Source: Nymphaea colorata
Taxonomy: Eukaryota
Direction: 5' to 3'
DNA length: 64,000 bases
NCBI RefSeq assembly: GCF_008831285.2
Contig: NC_045138.2
Location: forward strand, 41,726,001 to 41,790,000
Part shown: piece by piece, positions 12,975 to 26,849 of the stretch
How the letters are laid out: the number at the start of each line of letters is the position of its first letter
Numbering within the stretch: position 1 is the stretch's first letter
Notes under the pieces: model-generated
Told to the model about the DNA's origin: nothing
Database searches by the model: none
Seen by the model: only the letters and a program-made list of their open reading frames with translations
Program-made: the position numbers and the translations under genes

Positions 12975-15390
12975 AAAGAAAATATATGTTGTATATGCAT
13001 TATGTAATATAGTTCTCTTCCTAATGGGCATAGTATCTTAATCATCAGTAGTATTTTTCGATGTCAGAAGTGATGATGTTGCTGTTTATATTCGTTACGG
13101 TACATGGTGCTACTGTGTACCTCTTGCTCTTGATGCCTGGGAGACAATCTCAGACAGATGGATATTCCTCGAACGTCACCCTCTTCCGGAATAGAAGCAA
13201 GAGAACAAACTGCTAGGTGGATGTGTCGGGTCTGCTGTACTAGTTCTATTCATAGTTCTCCATAGCTTCTCAGCTTGCTGATTTTGATGCTATGGATGGT
13301 TTTCAACTTGGTATCTGATTTCTGAATTGAAGGCTGTAGCAACAAGTTGCACATCATGCCGCCCATTTCTTTAGCTGATGAAAAAGGATATGGTTTTTGA
13401 ATTACCACAAATCACCGTAGTAAATTCATCGTAAACCCAAATCTTCTTGCTACTCTCAAGCTCTGAAAGGCTGAATAAATCTTCCCCAGTAGCACAGAAA
13501 TTTTATGATAATAGACGTTTTTTGGTGTCAAGAACTGCAACTTTAGCAGCCTCACATGATGCGAAATATCGGCAGTTGGGTGTTTGGTTTTTTTTGCCGT
13601 TGGATAGTTTCCCACATTATCATCTATAAAATTTCTCCAGTTACCTTGTAGCTGTATTGGACGCTGAATAGATTATTTCAAGTGAGCGTACTTCTTTGAG
13701 TCCTCTAATTACCTCATTTGGAGCGTTTGGTTCAAAAGGGTAGACCAATGGGGTCATTGGTTAAGCATAGGCAAGCAAATGGCTGTGGGAGTTGTTTTAA
13801 GAGGGCAAAAGATGGTTCATTTCTTTTAGGATTAGTTTAAAGCCAAGGATCCAATTACCAGGGCAGGGCTATATGGACCTTAGAGCTGAAATCTCAAGTT
13901 ATTGGATCATAGGGTCAGTCAGCTTGCTGTACACCACAATAGTATCTGATCAGGTTTTGAAGGGCGGAAAAGTAGAATCCCCAAGTGGGTTCATTCAAAT
14001 GAAACCAAGCAGAGTCTAACTCGAACCCCTAAGTGGGTTCAGTCAAACGAAACCAAACACAGCCAACTTGATATTTAATGCACTAAGCAGTTGGTTTGCA
14101 CTAGAACGAAAACCAAAGCCAAAGCTGAATTGATCCGACGAGCCCATTGTTGTTTTGGCTTATAGAATGGTAATGGCACTCAAATCTTGCTATGAACATC
14201 TACTATTTAAAGCTTTGGGAGTATATGGTGGGAAAGTGGATATTTATAGTCCTAGTGGAGTTTGAAATCCTTAGGCATAAACTTTCATTTAGATAATGTA
14301 AAATAAAATAATAGAGAAGAACATAAAAGGAGTTTGACTTAATGATGCATACATCCATGAACAAACCCTCTTCTCTCTGTAAGAGAGAGGGCTAATTTTA
14401 TCTAGTTTTCAAGGTGGCTCCCACATTTTACAGCTGTAAAGAAATTTTGGTTACTGTAGTTATTCACACGCAATTCCAATTATCTTTCATAACTAACATG
14501 TCAACACCTGATTTTTTTTTTTATCTTCAACAATAGATATGGAAGGACTCGATTCTTGTGGATGGCGCTTGATCTGCACATTCTCATCGTTTTGGAAAGG
14601 CTTATCACGAATTCTATCATGCTCCTTCAAGTGAAATAAGGTGTCAACCCACTTGAGCTTGTTTTTTCAAATGATGAAATTGTGGTCCATGGAGTGTCTT
14701 TCTCAAAATATCAGCAAATTAGTTTTTGGAGGGGTTAGATTCAATTTGAATATCTTTCTTGACCACTTTTACACAAATGAAATGAAAATCTTTAAGTATG
14801 TTTGGTAAGAGTATGTAAAGCAGATTTGAAACCGATATATTGCTCTTTGCCATATCCCGAAATAAGAATCCCATGATCTAGTGCATGTAGTTTAGTCATG
14901 AAGGATTTGAGTCACATTAATTCAGATGCTAAAGTCTTGTACTATGCCTTGATGATTGAGCAACAATATGCTGCTTGTTTGATCCATGTGCAATCCTATT
15001 TCCTTTCAATAATGTAACAAATTTATTTGTTAAATGTTGGTCATCGGGGCATCTAGCCTAATCAACATCAAAGTAGACTTCTAACATTCAATTAGCCACC
15101 TTATGGGATGAGTCCAAAAGATATTTGAGGCTTTTAAGTGTTTGATGATGTGTTTAACATATGCCTAATGAGCATCAGGTAGTTCATTCTAGCAATGGCC
15201 ATTTGAGACCAATGTAACGTATTGAAGAGTCTCAACTATGCTCAAACAAAAAATAGCATCTGGTAAGGAACTGCCTTCAAACATAGAAGCATTATTGGTG
15301 TCAATGGCAACGACATGTTTAGCTTCCATCATTGCATGCTCTTGTCAAGATGTCAGATATATATTTCCTTAGTGAGAGCATGAGAGCATC

Positions 15391-15830
15391 TAGGGAGGTC
15401 AACTGATCAAATTCAAATTGGATATACTCTTAATTGTATCTGTTCAGATATTCACAAATTCAGATTTGAATTTGAATTCAAATATGAACAAATCAAATCT
15501 GAAGCCACATCCAAAATCCGATTTCACAATCTGAGTTCATTTTTTACATTCAAATCTGAATTTGAATCTGAATTTTGAATCGAATGTGGCTGATTTTAAA
15601 AATGTAAGAGCATTGGGTATAGGATATTTATTTAAACTAAATTTAATCCGAATCTAAATCTGATCCGATTGGATATTTATGTATATAAGAATTTGAACCT
15701 AATGGGCTGTCATTTCTCGAATGTAAATCCAATCCAATTTCTCAATCAGATATTAAATTATTTTTCATATCTGATTTTTTTGAAAGTTTGGTTGGATAGC
15801 TGATCTAAATCAAATATATTGACATCCCTA
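15391..15830. mobile_element. hAT-type MITE nested in the old copia
   Basis: TIRs TAGGGAGGTCAA / TTGACATCCCTA. Degenerate 8-bp TSD AGAGCATC / AGAACGTC. Repeated ATCCGA/ATCTGA-like internal motifs. Confidence 0.78.
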
Positions 15831-18800
15831 AGAACGTCTTTTACATTGGTCAACCTCAATTTGAGGAAATAGTGAAGGCCCCCAAAACTTTAATGGAAAA
15901 AGTGGTAACCAATGTCATTTATAATGTCTTGTATTTCTTCATTTGACTTGTTAGTAAGAATAATGTCATACAAACACACAAGAATAATGTCATACAAACA
16001 CACACACACACACACACACAAATGAAGTAGATGATATGTAATTAAACAATGATGAATTAAACTTGGACTCCTTGAATCTAGATGTTACCAAAAATTACTT
16101 ATACTGTCAAACCATGTTTGTGGTGCTTGTTTGAGAATATAAAGACTTCTTGAGGCGACAACATGATTGGGTCGAGTTGATGTATACTTCATCTCTGATT
16201 GTAAGAAATAGCTAAAACTAGTTTAATTGTGGTAGTTTTGACAATAGCGCTAACTGTATCAAAGTAGTCCTGTTCTACTGTTCATTGTACTTCTTTCCAG
16301 CCAACCTTACTTTGAAGTGAGCTATAAAACTATAAATATGGTGTTTAGTTTTATAATTCTATTGACACCCAACAATATTAAGATTGGGCTTATGAGGGAC
16401 AAGTTCCCAAACGTTGTATCTCACTTGTCAACCATCTAAGGTCTCTATTGAGCACCTTATAGGTTAGAAGCTTCATTTTTTGACAAGTAAAGATCTTGTG
16501 TCATAGATTCTATCGTGGGACTAGACACCAAAGGATGAGTGTAAAGTGGGCAATGATTGATGAGATTTAATTGGACTTGGTTATTTGGTTGCAAGGTTGA
16601 GTTTAGGTACCGATCATGGGTTGTGGAGGCAAGTTCTAAAAGTACATGTTGAATCTGAATCATGGTTTAGTGGTTCTCCTGCAAATGTAGGTTTGGGATA
16701 ACGAGTAATCTTTTTTTCTTGAGTCGTAAGAGATAAAAAGATGGGTTTCTATTTGAGCATGGACATCGGTTATGAAGGACAAATTAAATTGGTGACATTT
16801 TTAGACTTCATGGATTCAATATAGTAAACAAAATGTTTTTTCATAAAAAAATCATATGGTGAGATATAATCATATTTCTGTCAAACAAGGCTACAATATA
16901 AATAACCTTGACATGTCTCATATACAAGGAAAAACAGAAGCTTCAGATTTTGTTTCATATGGGGTTTGGTTTTGAAGATTTTCTGATTCTAACTAATTGG
17001 TAATATGAGCAGCAGCTTTTAGAGCATCCATCCAAAAATGTAATGGTAAATTTGCATGAACAGACATGCTTAACCCCATTTCAACAAGATTGACAATTTT
17101 TTCTTTCTACACTCCCATTTTGTTGAGTTGTAGAAAGAAATGTAAGCCATTGTTGAATTTCCTTAGAATAAAAAAAAGCTAAAAATTCCTTACTTAAGAA
17201 TTCACCACTTCCGTCATTATAAATATTTTAATCTTCTTCCTAAATTGTCATTTCACAATATTCTAAGACTTTGAAGCATGAAAAATGGCAGCTACTTTTA
17301 CCAATAAAAAAATCTAAACAAATCTAGAATAATGATCCTCAAAAAGCAAATAACATGCATATCGATCATGAGACAAGCATGGTGATGATTCCCATAGAAC
17401 AACATCTGGCAACTCAACATGAGAAATAACTTGGGAATCAAATTTGGAAAGGGAAGATGATTCTTTTTTTCCCAACGCACATGCAACATAAGAAACTAGT
17501 TCATGCTTTTCTACAATAAAAGGTCAACTTAGTATAATGTTGTTGAGAGAGAGCATATAAAAGTAAGCATGTTGAAGGTCATAATGCCACAAGTAAAAGG
17601 TTGAACTAGGATCCACAATTCAAATTGAACTAGAGTTTTTAAAAACAATAAATAGCAGTTGGTTATGACCATTTTTTTCAGCAGAGTAATACCATCATGA
17701 TGATGCTTGTTTTATCAGGTATGACATTAAAGAGCAGTCTAAACTTATAGTTGGCTTTTATTAGGTTTAATGTGAAGCATTTTTCTTATCTGCAAGTGTA
17801 TAATATTGAACTCAATCTTTCATATGTAATTTCTAGTTAATTTTGGGACAGATAATGGGTTTTTCTGTGCATAAGATACATGGAAAACATTCTTGAATGG
17901 AAGGAAGAAAAAGTTGCTAGGAAGAAGACATTACTAACATGAAAAATATGCATATGTTATTCATTCCTATGAGAATAGTCTCATTACTGATGTAAGAGAA
18001 TCTACCATGCATTTGCTAATCAGAATTAGCTATATGAGGTATGACACCCATATTAAGATACCACTCAAATTCCTTATTGGCTTCATTACCAAATTTACTA
18101 GCATTGGTCTTCCCTCAATCCCATGTTATTTCCAGCATTCAATGCATGGCCATAAAGGCTTTGGAAATGTCCCAACACGATCAGGTGCTGTAGCTTTTCC
18201 ACCTGCAAAGCTGACATGTTACGTGGTGTTTGAGTGGGTCATATTCGAGCCTTGAGCAGGGGTTTTATTAGCATAACATATAAACTCCGATTTGATGAAG
18301 ACCCTTCACAATTGTCCCTCGACTATGAGTCCATTTGCATGGTAGTATGAGAAGTAAGCATGTTGAATCAATTTTCTTGAGATACCAACATGACATAAAA
18401 CTCAGAAAATGTGGGAAGGTTCTTATTTGTGTCAACAAAGATAATGACAAAGTCAGATTCACTACTCAGATGACATGGCTCGACGATAGTATCCTTAGTA
18501 TAGCTTAAGGCTAACTGTCTACATGGTTCCAGGCATTATAGGCTCGGTTTGGTTTAGACTGATTACCATGAAAGAACTTAGATGTTGAAGGGAAAGAGTT
18601 GTCAACATACCTCATTAAGTGTTTACTCATCATAAAACACTCAAAGATAATTGGTTAAAATAGACTTTGATCGGCACAAGAGAGAGTATGCATTCCATTG
18701 CATCATAGGCATATGTCAGAGCTAGGAAATATGATGAAAAACATGGTTGTGTGCTAGTGTTTGCAACAGCTATGATAATAAGACGTTCGGGTCAGAGATT

Positions 18801-18913
18801 ATTCTTATAACATTCCAAAAGTTTAATCTTGTATCTAAAATTGTAAAGGTTCTTAAGGGCCTTATAAAGGGGGTTGTTAAAGGGATAGGTTGTCCTACTT
18901 TTTAACCTTCCTA

Positions 18914-19628
<715 letters not shown>

Positions 19629-20559
19629 CTTTCTTGGGATTCAACACTTAGACTTGGAGTTTCACTTAAGGATGCATGTGCCTTTAAAGTGGATTGTAAT
19701 ACCTCAGAAATTTAATCTCATATCTAAGATTGTGAGAGATTGGGAGACTTATAAAAGGGGTTGTCGAAATAGTTCATTGTTCTAGTTCTTAGTCTTTTTG
19801 GGGCTGAAACCAAAGTTGCTAGGGGCAGGTTGGGATCTGTCTAACCAGGATTTTGAACCCGATGTGAAAGTGGGTTGGGTCGTTGAAGCTCTGATACTAT
19901 GTAAAATAAAAGAATATAGAAGCACACAAAAGAAATTAAGAAAACATCCAATTTTATGTGGTTTGGCTTAATGTACCCACATCCATGAACAAATCCTCTT
20001 TTCTCTTCGCTTTTTCGTCAATCATCACAAGAGAAAGAGTGGAGGCTGGTCATGTTTCGTTTTGAAGGTGGCTTCATACGTTTACAGATTTAAATAGATT
20101 TTGGTCACCATCATATTCTCAGTTTTTCCAATTATCTTTTGTAAGTAACATGGCAACACCCGATTTTCTTCTTTTATCTTTTACAATAGATGTGGCAAGA
20201 CTGGGTACCAAAGGTTGTGCTTCATCTGCGCGATCTCATTACTTCAGAATGGCTTATCACAAGCTCTATAAGATAAGAGCATTTACTTATGAACCTCAGG
20301 ATATAAATTTCTTCAGCTTTCCGACCAATTTTACTTTTGTACGTGTTTTCAGAAGAGTGCTGGAAGCATGACTGCATTGAGGATACTACCTTGCCATTTA
20401 GTGTTTAAAACCAAAAAGTATTACAATTGAACTCCACTCTCCAAACCAACGGTCAGACCTGAGAATTTATTAGACTATGAACCTATTAGATTCTTGGAAT
20501 AAAACACAAGAAATCAGTTTTTGGAATGTAATTGCTCAAGACCCATGAAACTATTTTTC

Positions 20560-20810
20560 AATCCAACACGGGCAGATGATATCCTTGTGGAGGAATTCAG
20601 AGTTAAAAACTTGGGTGGTTGATGGCAGTAAAGATCATATGCAGAGGGATAGAGACATCAGCAGCTTTAAGAAAAGAGTTAGGCCCCAGTGGAATGACAC
20701 CCAAAACTAAAGAATTAGAAGACATTCCCAGGAATATCTCCATTGCCGCAAAGAGGATAAAGTACTGGAGTGATGGGATACGATTGCCAAGATCAAAATT
20801 TGAAACCAAT
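20560..20810 (-). mobile_element. Possible LINE reverse-transcriptase fragment
   Basis: Frameshifted WQSYPITP / LFAAMEIF resembles the L1 RT motif RQGDPLSPYLFxLAME. Confidence 0.4.
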
Positions 20811-21592
20811 TAGCTGATATTGGTAAAGAATACTGGATCCAATTACAGATAAGGTTCAGACTTCACCTGCAGTTTTACAAGTGAATCCGAATCCTAGCCC
20901 TGTATCTGACTGGGATTCAAATCTGAGCCTGATCCAAACCTGAATAGATAAGTCCAAACTGACGCAGAGATCGAACGGTCCACACCTGAATATACACTGA
21001 TTTTTTTATATTTTTTTTATTTCTATGTTTTTGGACTGTGGCATTCAACTACACCGTTATATTTACTTCAAAATATACTACCAGATATGCAAGAGGGCAT
21101 AAACGGAGAACCTTATAGCACAAACTGGCTGAGCCTGCTTTCCCAATTGCTATTATTGACATTAGTCATTCACATGGCGCTTCCTCCAAATTAGACAAGC
21201 CCATACATAGAAATCTAACGCAGAAAACTTTAGAGAAGCAACGACGTCGCATGCAAATGGATAGTGAAGGTGGAAAGCCATGACAAAGCCCAAGGGAGAA
21301 GCCGACCACCTCTTGTTGGTCCTTCCCCTCTCCCGTTCAGATCTCCAAAATGGAGAAGGGATCTCAAGAGAACAACAGAAAAAGAAGAAAAGAGAGAGGG
21401 AGTCAGGGGACCCTCGTGCCGTTTTCTTGCCTTCTTATTCAAGCCATGCGTTGGCAAACGTTTCAAGAACAATTTTTATAAGATAAAAGAAAGGAAGAGA
21501 AAAAAAATACAAGGGAAAAGGAAGAAGATAACAGAGAGAGGAGGAGCCTCTTCTTCTTCCTCCGCCTTCCTTCATTATTCCTCCTCCTTCCT

Positions 21593-22480
21593 TCAGAAGA
21601 TGTCGAGGATCTCCAGAATTTGGCGATTGCAGAGGGGACAAGATCCACGGTTAAGCCACAGTTCCCTGCTGCACGCTCGACAAAATGTGTGGCCGCACGG
21701 AATGAAGGCAGCGCCCTTCTCTCTCGACATACAGACGCAGCAGCAGGAGCAGCAGCCTGCACCAGGCGATTCTTCCGCTCCCCGTCCCCCCTTCTTCTTA
21801 TTCTTGTTGTTATTGTCGTTGCCGTTCCCACCTTCGTGTTCTTGCTCGAGCAACGCCATTAATGACACTCGAAACGGCTGCTGCATGCTTTCCGTCTGCT
21901 CACAATCTTGAGCGGCCCTCAGATGCCGCTCTGCTGCTAACGCCGCGGCCAGATTCATGGTCGCCTCTCTCCTTATCATGGATGCTGCCTCTGTTGTCTC
22001 GTTTTCTGTTGTCCCTGTCCGGCTTCTCTCGAAGTTCTGGTTTTCTTCTTCTTCTTCTTCTCTTGGTGATTCTTCTTCTTCTTCTTGATCTTGTTCTTCT
22101 ACTCGTGGTGGTTCTTCTTCTTCTATAGATTCTGTTCTCTCCATTTCTGTGTCATGGTGATGCGGAGTACATACATCTCGCGCTTCTGCTTCTTCTTCTC
22201 CTTCAGCCACCGCCATGTCGTCCCCGTCTAAAGCCGCGGAGCTCCAGGAGCTACCGCAGCAGCCGATTCCTCTGAGTTTGAGTTTCCCTCTCAGAACTTT
22301 CCACTTTCTGCTGCTTCTCCTCTCCGCCTCCATTTCCTCGCAGCAGAAGAATGAACTCCTTCTCGTGGGTTCTGCCTCCTCAAGAAGAAGATCGATCAAC
22401 GCCTTCACCGCCTGGGTTATCTCAGCAGGAACAGAGAAACCAACATTGTGCTCTCCTGCGTCACCATCTTGCCTTCTCAT
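21593..22480 (-). CDS. Intronless C3HC4-type RING finger protein (putative E3 ligase), 295 aa
   Basis: Open frame from ATG 22480 (the ORF track starts one codon earlier, at TTG). C-terminal CCVCMSREKGAAFIPCGHTFCRACSRELWLNRGSCPLCN..ILDIF*, plus GIGCCG, MNLAAALAAER and RVSLMALL motifs that I recognise from this plant RING subfamily. Confidence 0.92.
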   Translation of the reverse strand: MRRQDGDAGEHNVGFSVPAEITQAVKALIDLLLEEAEPTRRSSFFCCEEMEAERRSSRKWKVLRGKLKLRGIGCCGSSWSSAALDGDDMAVAEGEEEAEARDVCTPHHHDTEMERTESIEEEEPPRVEEQDQEEEEESPREEEEEENQNFERSRTGTTENETTEAASMIRREATMNLAAALAAERHLRAAQDCEQTESMQQPFRVSLMALLEQEHEGGNGNDNNNKNKKKGGRGAEESPGAGCCSCCCVCMSREKGAAFIPCGHTFCRACSRELWLNRGSCPLCNRQILEILDIF

Positions 22481-25400
22481 CAACTTTAGAATGAGACGCT
22501 AGTCGTTTGACACAGAGCCCACGTTCCGTTTCCTGGAAATGCTCAACAAAACTGGAGAAAATCAGGCATTGAGTGCAGAAAAGAGAAGAAGAAGAAGAAG
22601 AAGAAGACGGTGATGATGCCGAAAAAGATTAAAAGAAAAAGATAAAAAGAAAGGGAGCGTGTTTTGGGGGGAGCGAGAATGATGGTAATGGTGAAGAAAT
22701 GATGCCAGCAGTGGAACATACAGAAATGGACGCTTTATTAATTAGAAAAGGAAGCATGCGAAGCATCATTTTCTTCCATGGAAGCCCCGTGAGATCATAA
22801 TCAATCAATCTCCACGGTGAGGTGATACTGCTGTTGCTGGTGGTCCACTGCTCCTCTTCTCCCTCTCAACTTGGAAGGAAAGGCAAGAAACAGGAGAAAA
22901 TAAAAGAGAGAAGATCTTTCCCCCAGGCAGGCAGGAGTCTGGTGAGAGACGCGGCTTTAAATACCAGACACCTCCCACTTTTTCTTTCTTTCACTCGCTT
23001 TTTTGTTTTTTTCCCTCTTTCTTTGTTGGGTTTTGTGGATTTTTTTAATAGATCAGGAGGAAAAGGGGGAAGGAATATGAGGTAGTTAAGGAGCAGAGAG
23101 ATTTCTTTATGCCAATTCTCCTTCCGACGGTGTGATCAGGTAAGGGCCACCAACCAGCGGTCCTTGTCAAGCAGGTCAATGTATCATGGATCTGAATCGT
23201 TTCCATCCTGATTAAATGGATCACGGATCTGATCCCCGAATCCAAATTGCTTCTAAAGTTTGGCTCGCGTCTTTCATTTTCATCCATAAGAGGGGAGGGG
23301 AGGACGTGAAAGCTATGCCGCTAAAAACGACGGTCCGGCGCTTCACGCTCTCCTCTCTTTATCAGAACACGTTGGGCGTTGTTGGGAGCCTCAACGATAC
23401 GGCGTATTGGTCCGTTGGCCGTTACTTATCGACCCGTATCGGTCGTGGCTATTTTTTTTTTTAATTCAATATTTGATTTCTAGTGAACTTGTGAAAAGTT
23501 CAAACAGCAGAGCTGTATAAAATGAAAAGGGCCCTATGTATAGGGTCATGTTGCCTTGCTTTTTATGAGAAATTTTTTTGGACAGATTTATATATCAAGG
23601 GCATGATAGAACAAACATTTGATAAAGTTAATATAAAAATAAAGAAACATTGAATACGTGTCTGTGCCTCTACTTTTATGGGAGGTGAGCGAAACGATGC
23701 GGTGCGGCCAGTAGCACCGTTTTCAACAACGTTTGTGAAGATTGAAAATACTCCGATCAGTTTGTATGTTCAGCCAAAATTTTTGCAACATTATTGCTCT
23801 AGGAGCTCTTGATAGTCGATCATCTTAATCACGACCGTACTGATTCATTTCACCCTTTTGAATTCAAACGTTTGAGTGTTTGCATCAATTAAATAACTGA
23901 ATCTACCTATCAAATTGTTCAAAAAAAATCAATACCAATTTAGAATAGGTGACGCAAATTTGTAGCGTTTTACAAAGGGCCATTTCTATCAAGAGTACTC
24001 CAAGGCTTTTTGTGCTCTTGAAGTCGTTCTTGCCAAGCTTGTAACTGCATCCAAACCTGCACTCTCACTTCACATTAAATCTCCGACTCTGCGACTGATG
24101 CTAATGGTAGCAGTTTGGATGCGATTCAACTCTATCAAAAGCCATGGTTTCCCAGGCTTTGTTTATTCTTACCACTTGCAAGCGATAACAAGTTTAGAAA
24201 TGATAAAAACAATTTCGACTCACCAATCTGACTCTGCCCGACTCGCTAGAGAAAGTGAAATTAGGTTCAAGCTAAAGGCGTCCAAAACTTCAGTCATACA
24301 TAAGGTGACACTTTTTGGCATAACTAGCTAGTCGTCAATCTTCCTCAGAAGTTGAAAAATAGAATATTTTTCACAGGCAAACCTAAAAAATCAGTGATAA
24401 CAAAAACCACCTTGCTTTTCATTAATATTGTTAGAAGGCATTCATTTAAGTCTTTACCACATTTAATTTTAAAAAGCTGATGAGTTTAATATGTCAAGTT
24501 TCTTGTTGAATAGATATAAAAACATCATTTTTCCTTCTAAAGTATGACATGAAAAATAAAACAGTTGACATTGGTAACAAATTTAGATTTCTTTTGGACA
24601 ATTTTCTTCCATTTATTCATTTAGCTGCTTTTACATATCATTAGATGCACATTAACATTGATGGTATAATTGAAGAGGTCAATGATCGAAGCCAAATTTC
24701 ATTTGTGCTAAAGTTATATATTAATCACATCATCTCGTTAGCCCAATTCAAATTAGTGGTGGCATAAGGTCTGGCTGACACGTTTCAGAAAAAAATAGTT
24801 ATGTTTTAAATAATATCAAGAAACTAGGTGTGTTTTTTTTCTTACTGTCAGATTTTAGGTTTATTTCAAATCCTCCAAAAAAAAGAAGAAGAAAACTTGC
24901 TGCGCCAATAACAAGGGGGAGAGCATGCATATGAAGGTTGGCATGGATATTCAATTACAACAAATAGCAAACAGCCTTAAGAAAACTCAAATGATTTGCG
25001 AAAGATTCATACAATAAAGAAATTATTAATGGCTAAAAAGTTCAATTAATTAATCGGAAGACAATAATCAATTATTATTACTCACCATAAGCTAGTGGAG
25101 AATGACTCCATATACAATGGCAACAAGAAATGGCGCACCATTGGACAATAATTTTCAGTACTGGCTCAGAAGGTCTCCAATTAACTTCGAAAAGATTTGT
25201 TAGGAATTTAACTAAGAGTGATCTAGATTTCAATGTCACCACCATTCCTCCCCCTCCCCCCCCCCCCCCCCCCCCCCCGCGGTGCATTTCATGGCAATAT
25301 GATCTATCAGGGTTTTACATTAACCCTTTGCCAGTTTTGCAAATATCAATATTGGTTTGCTCCCTGGTGCCGCATAAAAGGTCGATACCCGTGCACTCGT

Positions 25401-26849
25401 ATCACCTTGCTTTTTGATTTTTAAAAATAATTTTAAACATTTGAAAATTGATTTAAAAATAACAAAAATAATAACCCTGTATCGGGCTTATTGTGTTGAG
25501 AAGAATCAAGCTGATATAACACGTAGCATACCAACAACTGATTGCAACTTAAAGAAAAGTGTTTTTACATTTACAAACGGATAACAAGGTGACGGTCACA
25601 TAAAAATAAGGAAGCTGCTGGTGGAAACAATCACAATCATACAAAATAATTAATCAGAAGGATGAAGGGGAGGGAGGAAATTAATTAATGGCGCAAGCTG
25701 AAGTATACAAGCACGCTTTTCAAAATAATCAGTACTCAATTCGTCCGGTGGGGAATACAAAGTTCTTTGATTTTATCAATCTTCAACAACACCCTAGCTT
25801 TTCAGAATATTGATATAGCAAGTTGATTGAGAAAATTATATTATGTAGAAATTTTTTATGTAAGGATTCAGTGCAGGGGTGGATTAAAGGGCACTACGTA
25901 TAAAATCTTAATTTTTTAAGGAGCATCAATATATAAATAAAAAACTTGCTCAAATATATCAATATAAAAATAATAAATGCACACTTGCCTCCGCCTGAGT
26001 CTGGTTTCGCCAAAATATGAAAAACGGGGATCGCGTAGAGTATATGCTTTTTAATATTTCCTGCTATGGCTTACTTATGCTTTCGGTTAATTTGAACTAA
26101 GAGTACCACCACACCTCACGAGGACAGCATTTAATGGAAAAAAAGAAAAAAGAAAATAGGAATCATCGGACTGCATAGTGACTTCATCACAATTCTCTTG
26201 GACTCGGGCTATTGGTCGGAAGTGACGTACGAAATAGGAAGGTAGGTTTCCTTCTCTTGAACGAACAAACTTTTCTGAAACTTGCACGCGCACTACATGA
26301 AGTTAATTGGAAGCACTTACGCCAAAAGAAGTTCAAGAATATGACGCATTTTTTAATGAAAGAACATAATTTCAGGAGTCTCTTGCTTGGTAGCTGTTGG
26401 TATCACGTATCACAAAATAAAAAAATATTGGCCTTGAAATCAAAGTCGAAAATTTAATTCCAAAATCAAAAGAACTCTTATTAAGCCGATCAACTAATTC
26501 TGTAGGTGACCCTCTTACGCTATGTTTGGATGGATAGAAAAGAAATAATTTTTAATAGATGGAAAGGAAAGAAAAAGACAAGGGCAGAAAATTGATGGGG
26601 ACATATAAAATGGAAAGAAAAGAAGCTATTACGAAAGTCAAAGAGAAGAAGCTATTACAAAAGTCTAGATGAGATGAAATGAAAGGAAATATAAAATAAT
26701 CATGTTTGTTTAACTTTGTAAAGGAAATGAACTACTTTAATTGACAAAAACACCCTTAACACCCCTTCTATTATAATTGTAATAGTTCTCTTTCTCTCAT
26801 TCTTCCTTCTGTTGGATTTGTCCAAGATGTTTTTTCCTAGAGGAAAAAG

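Noticed and set aside
21264..21911. 215-aa plus-strand ORF overlapping the RING gene
   Set aside because: Antisense shadow of a GC-rich CDS and a low-complexity UTR; no recognisable domain.
25246..25279. Poly-C tract (and poly-G at ~59301-59317) as functional G-quadruplexes
   Set aside because: Simple homopolymers with no supporting context; their length is also error-prone in assemblies.
25347..25998. Two further possible MITEs (~25347-25540 and ~25876-25998)
   Set aside because: TIR-like ends are weak and no TSD could be matched.
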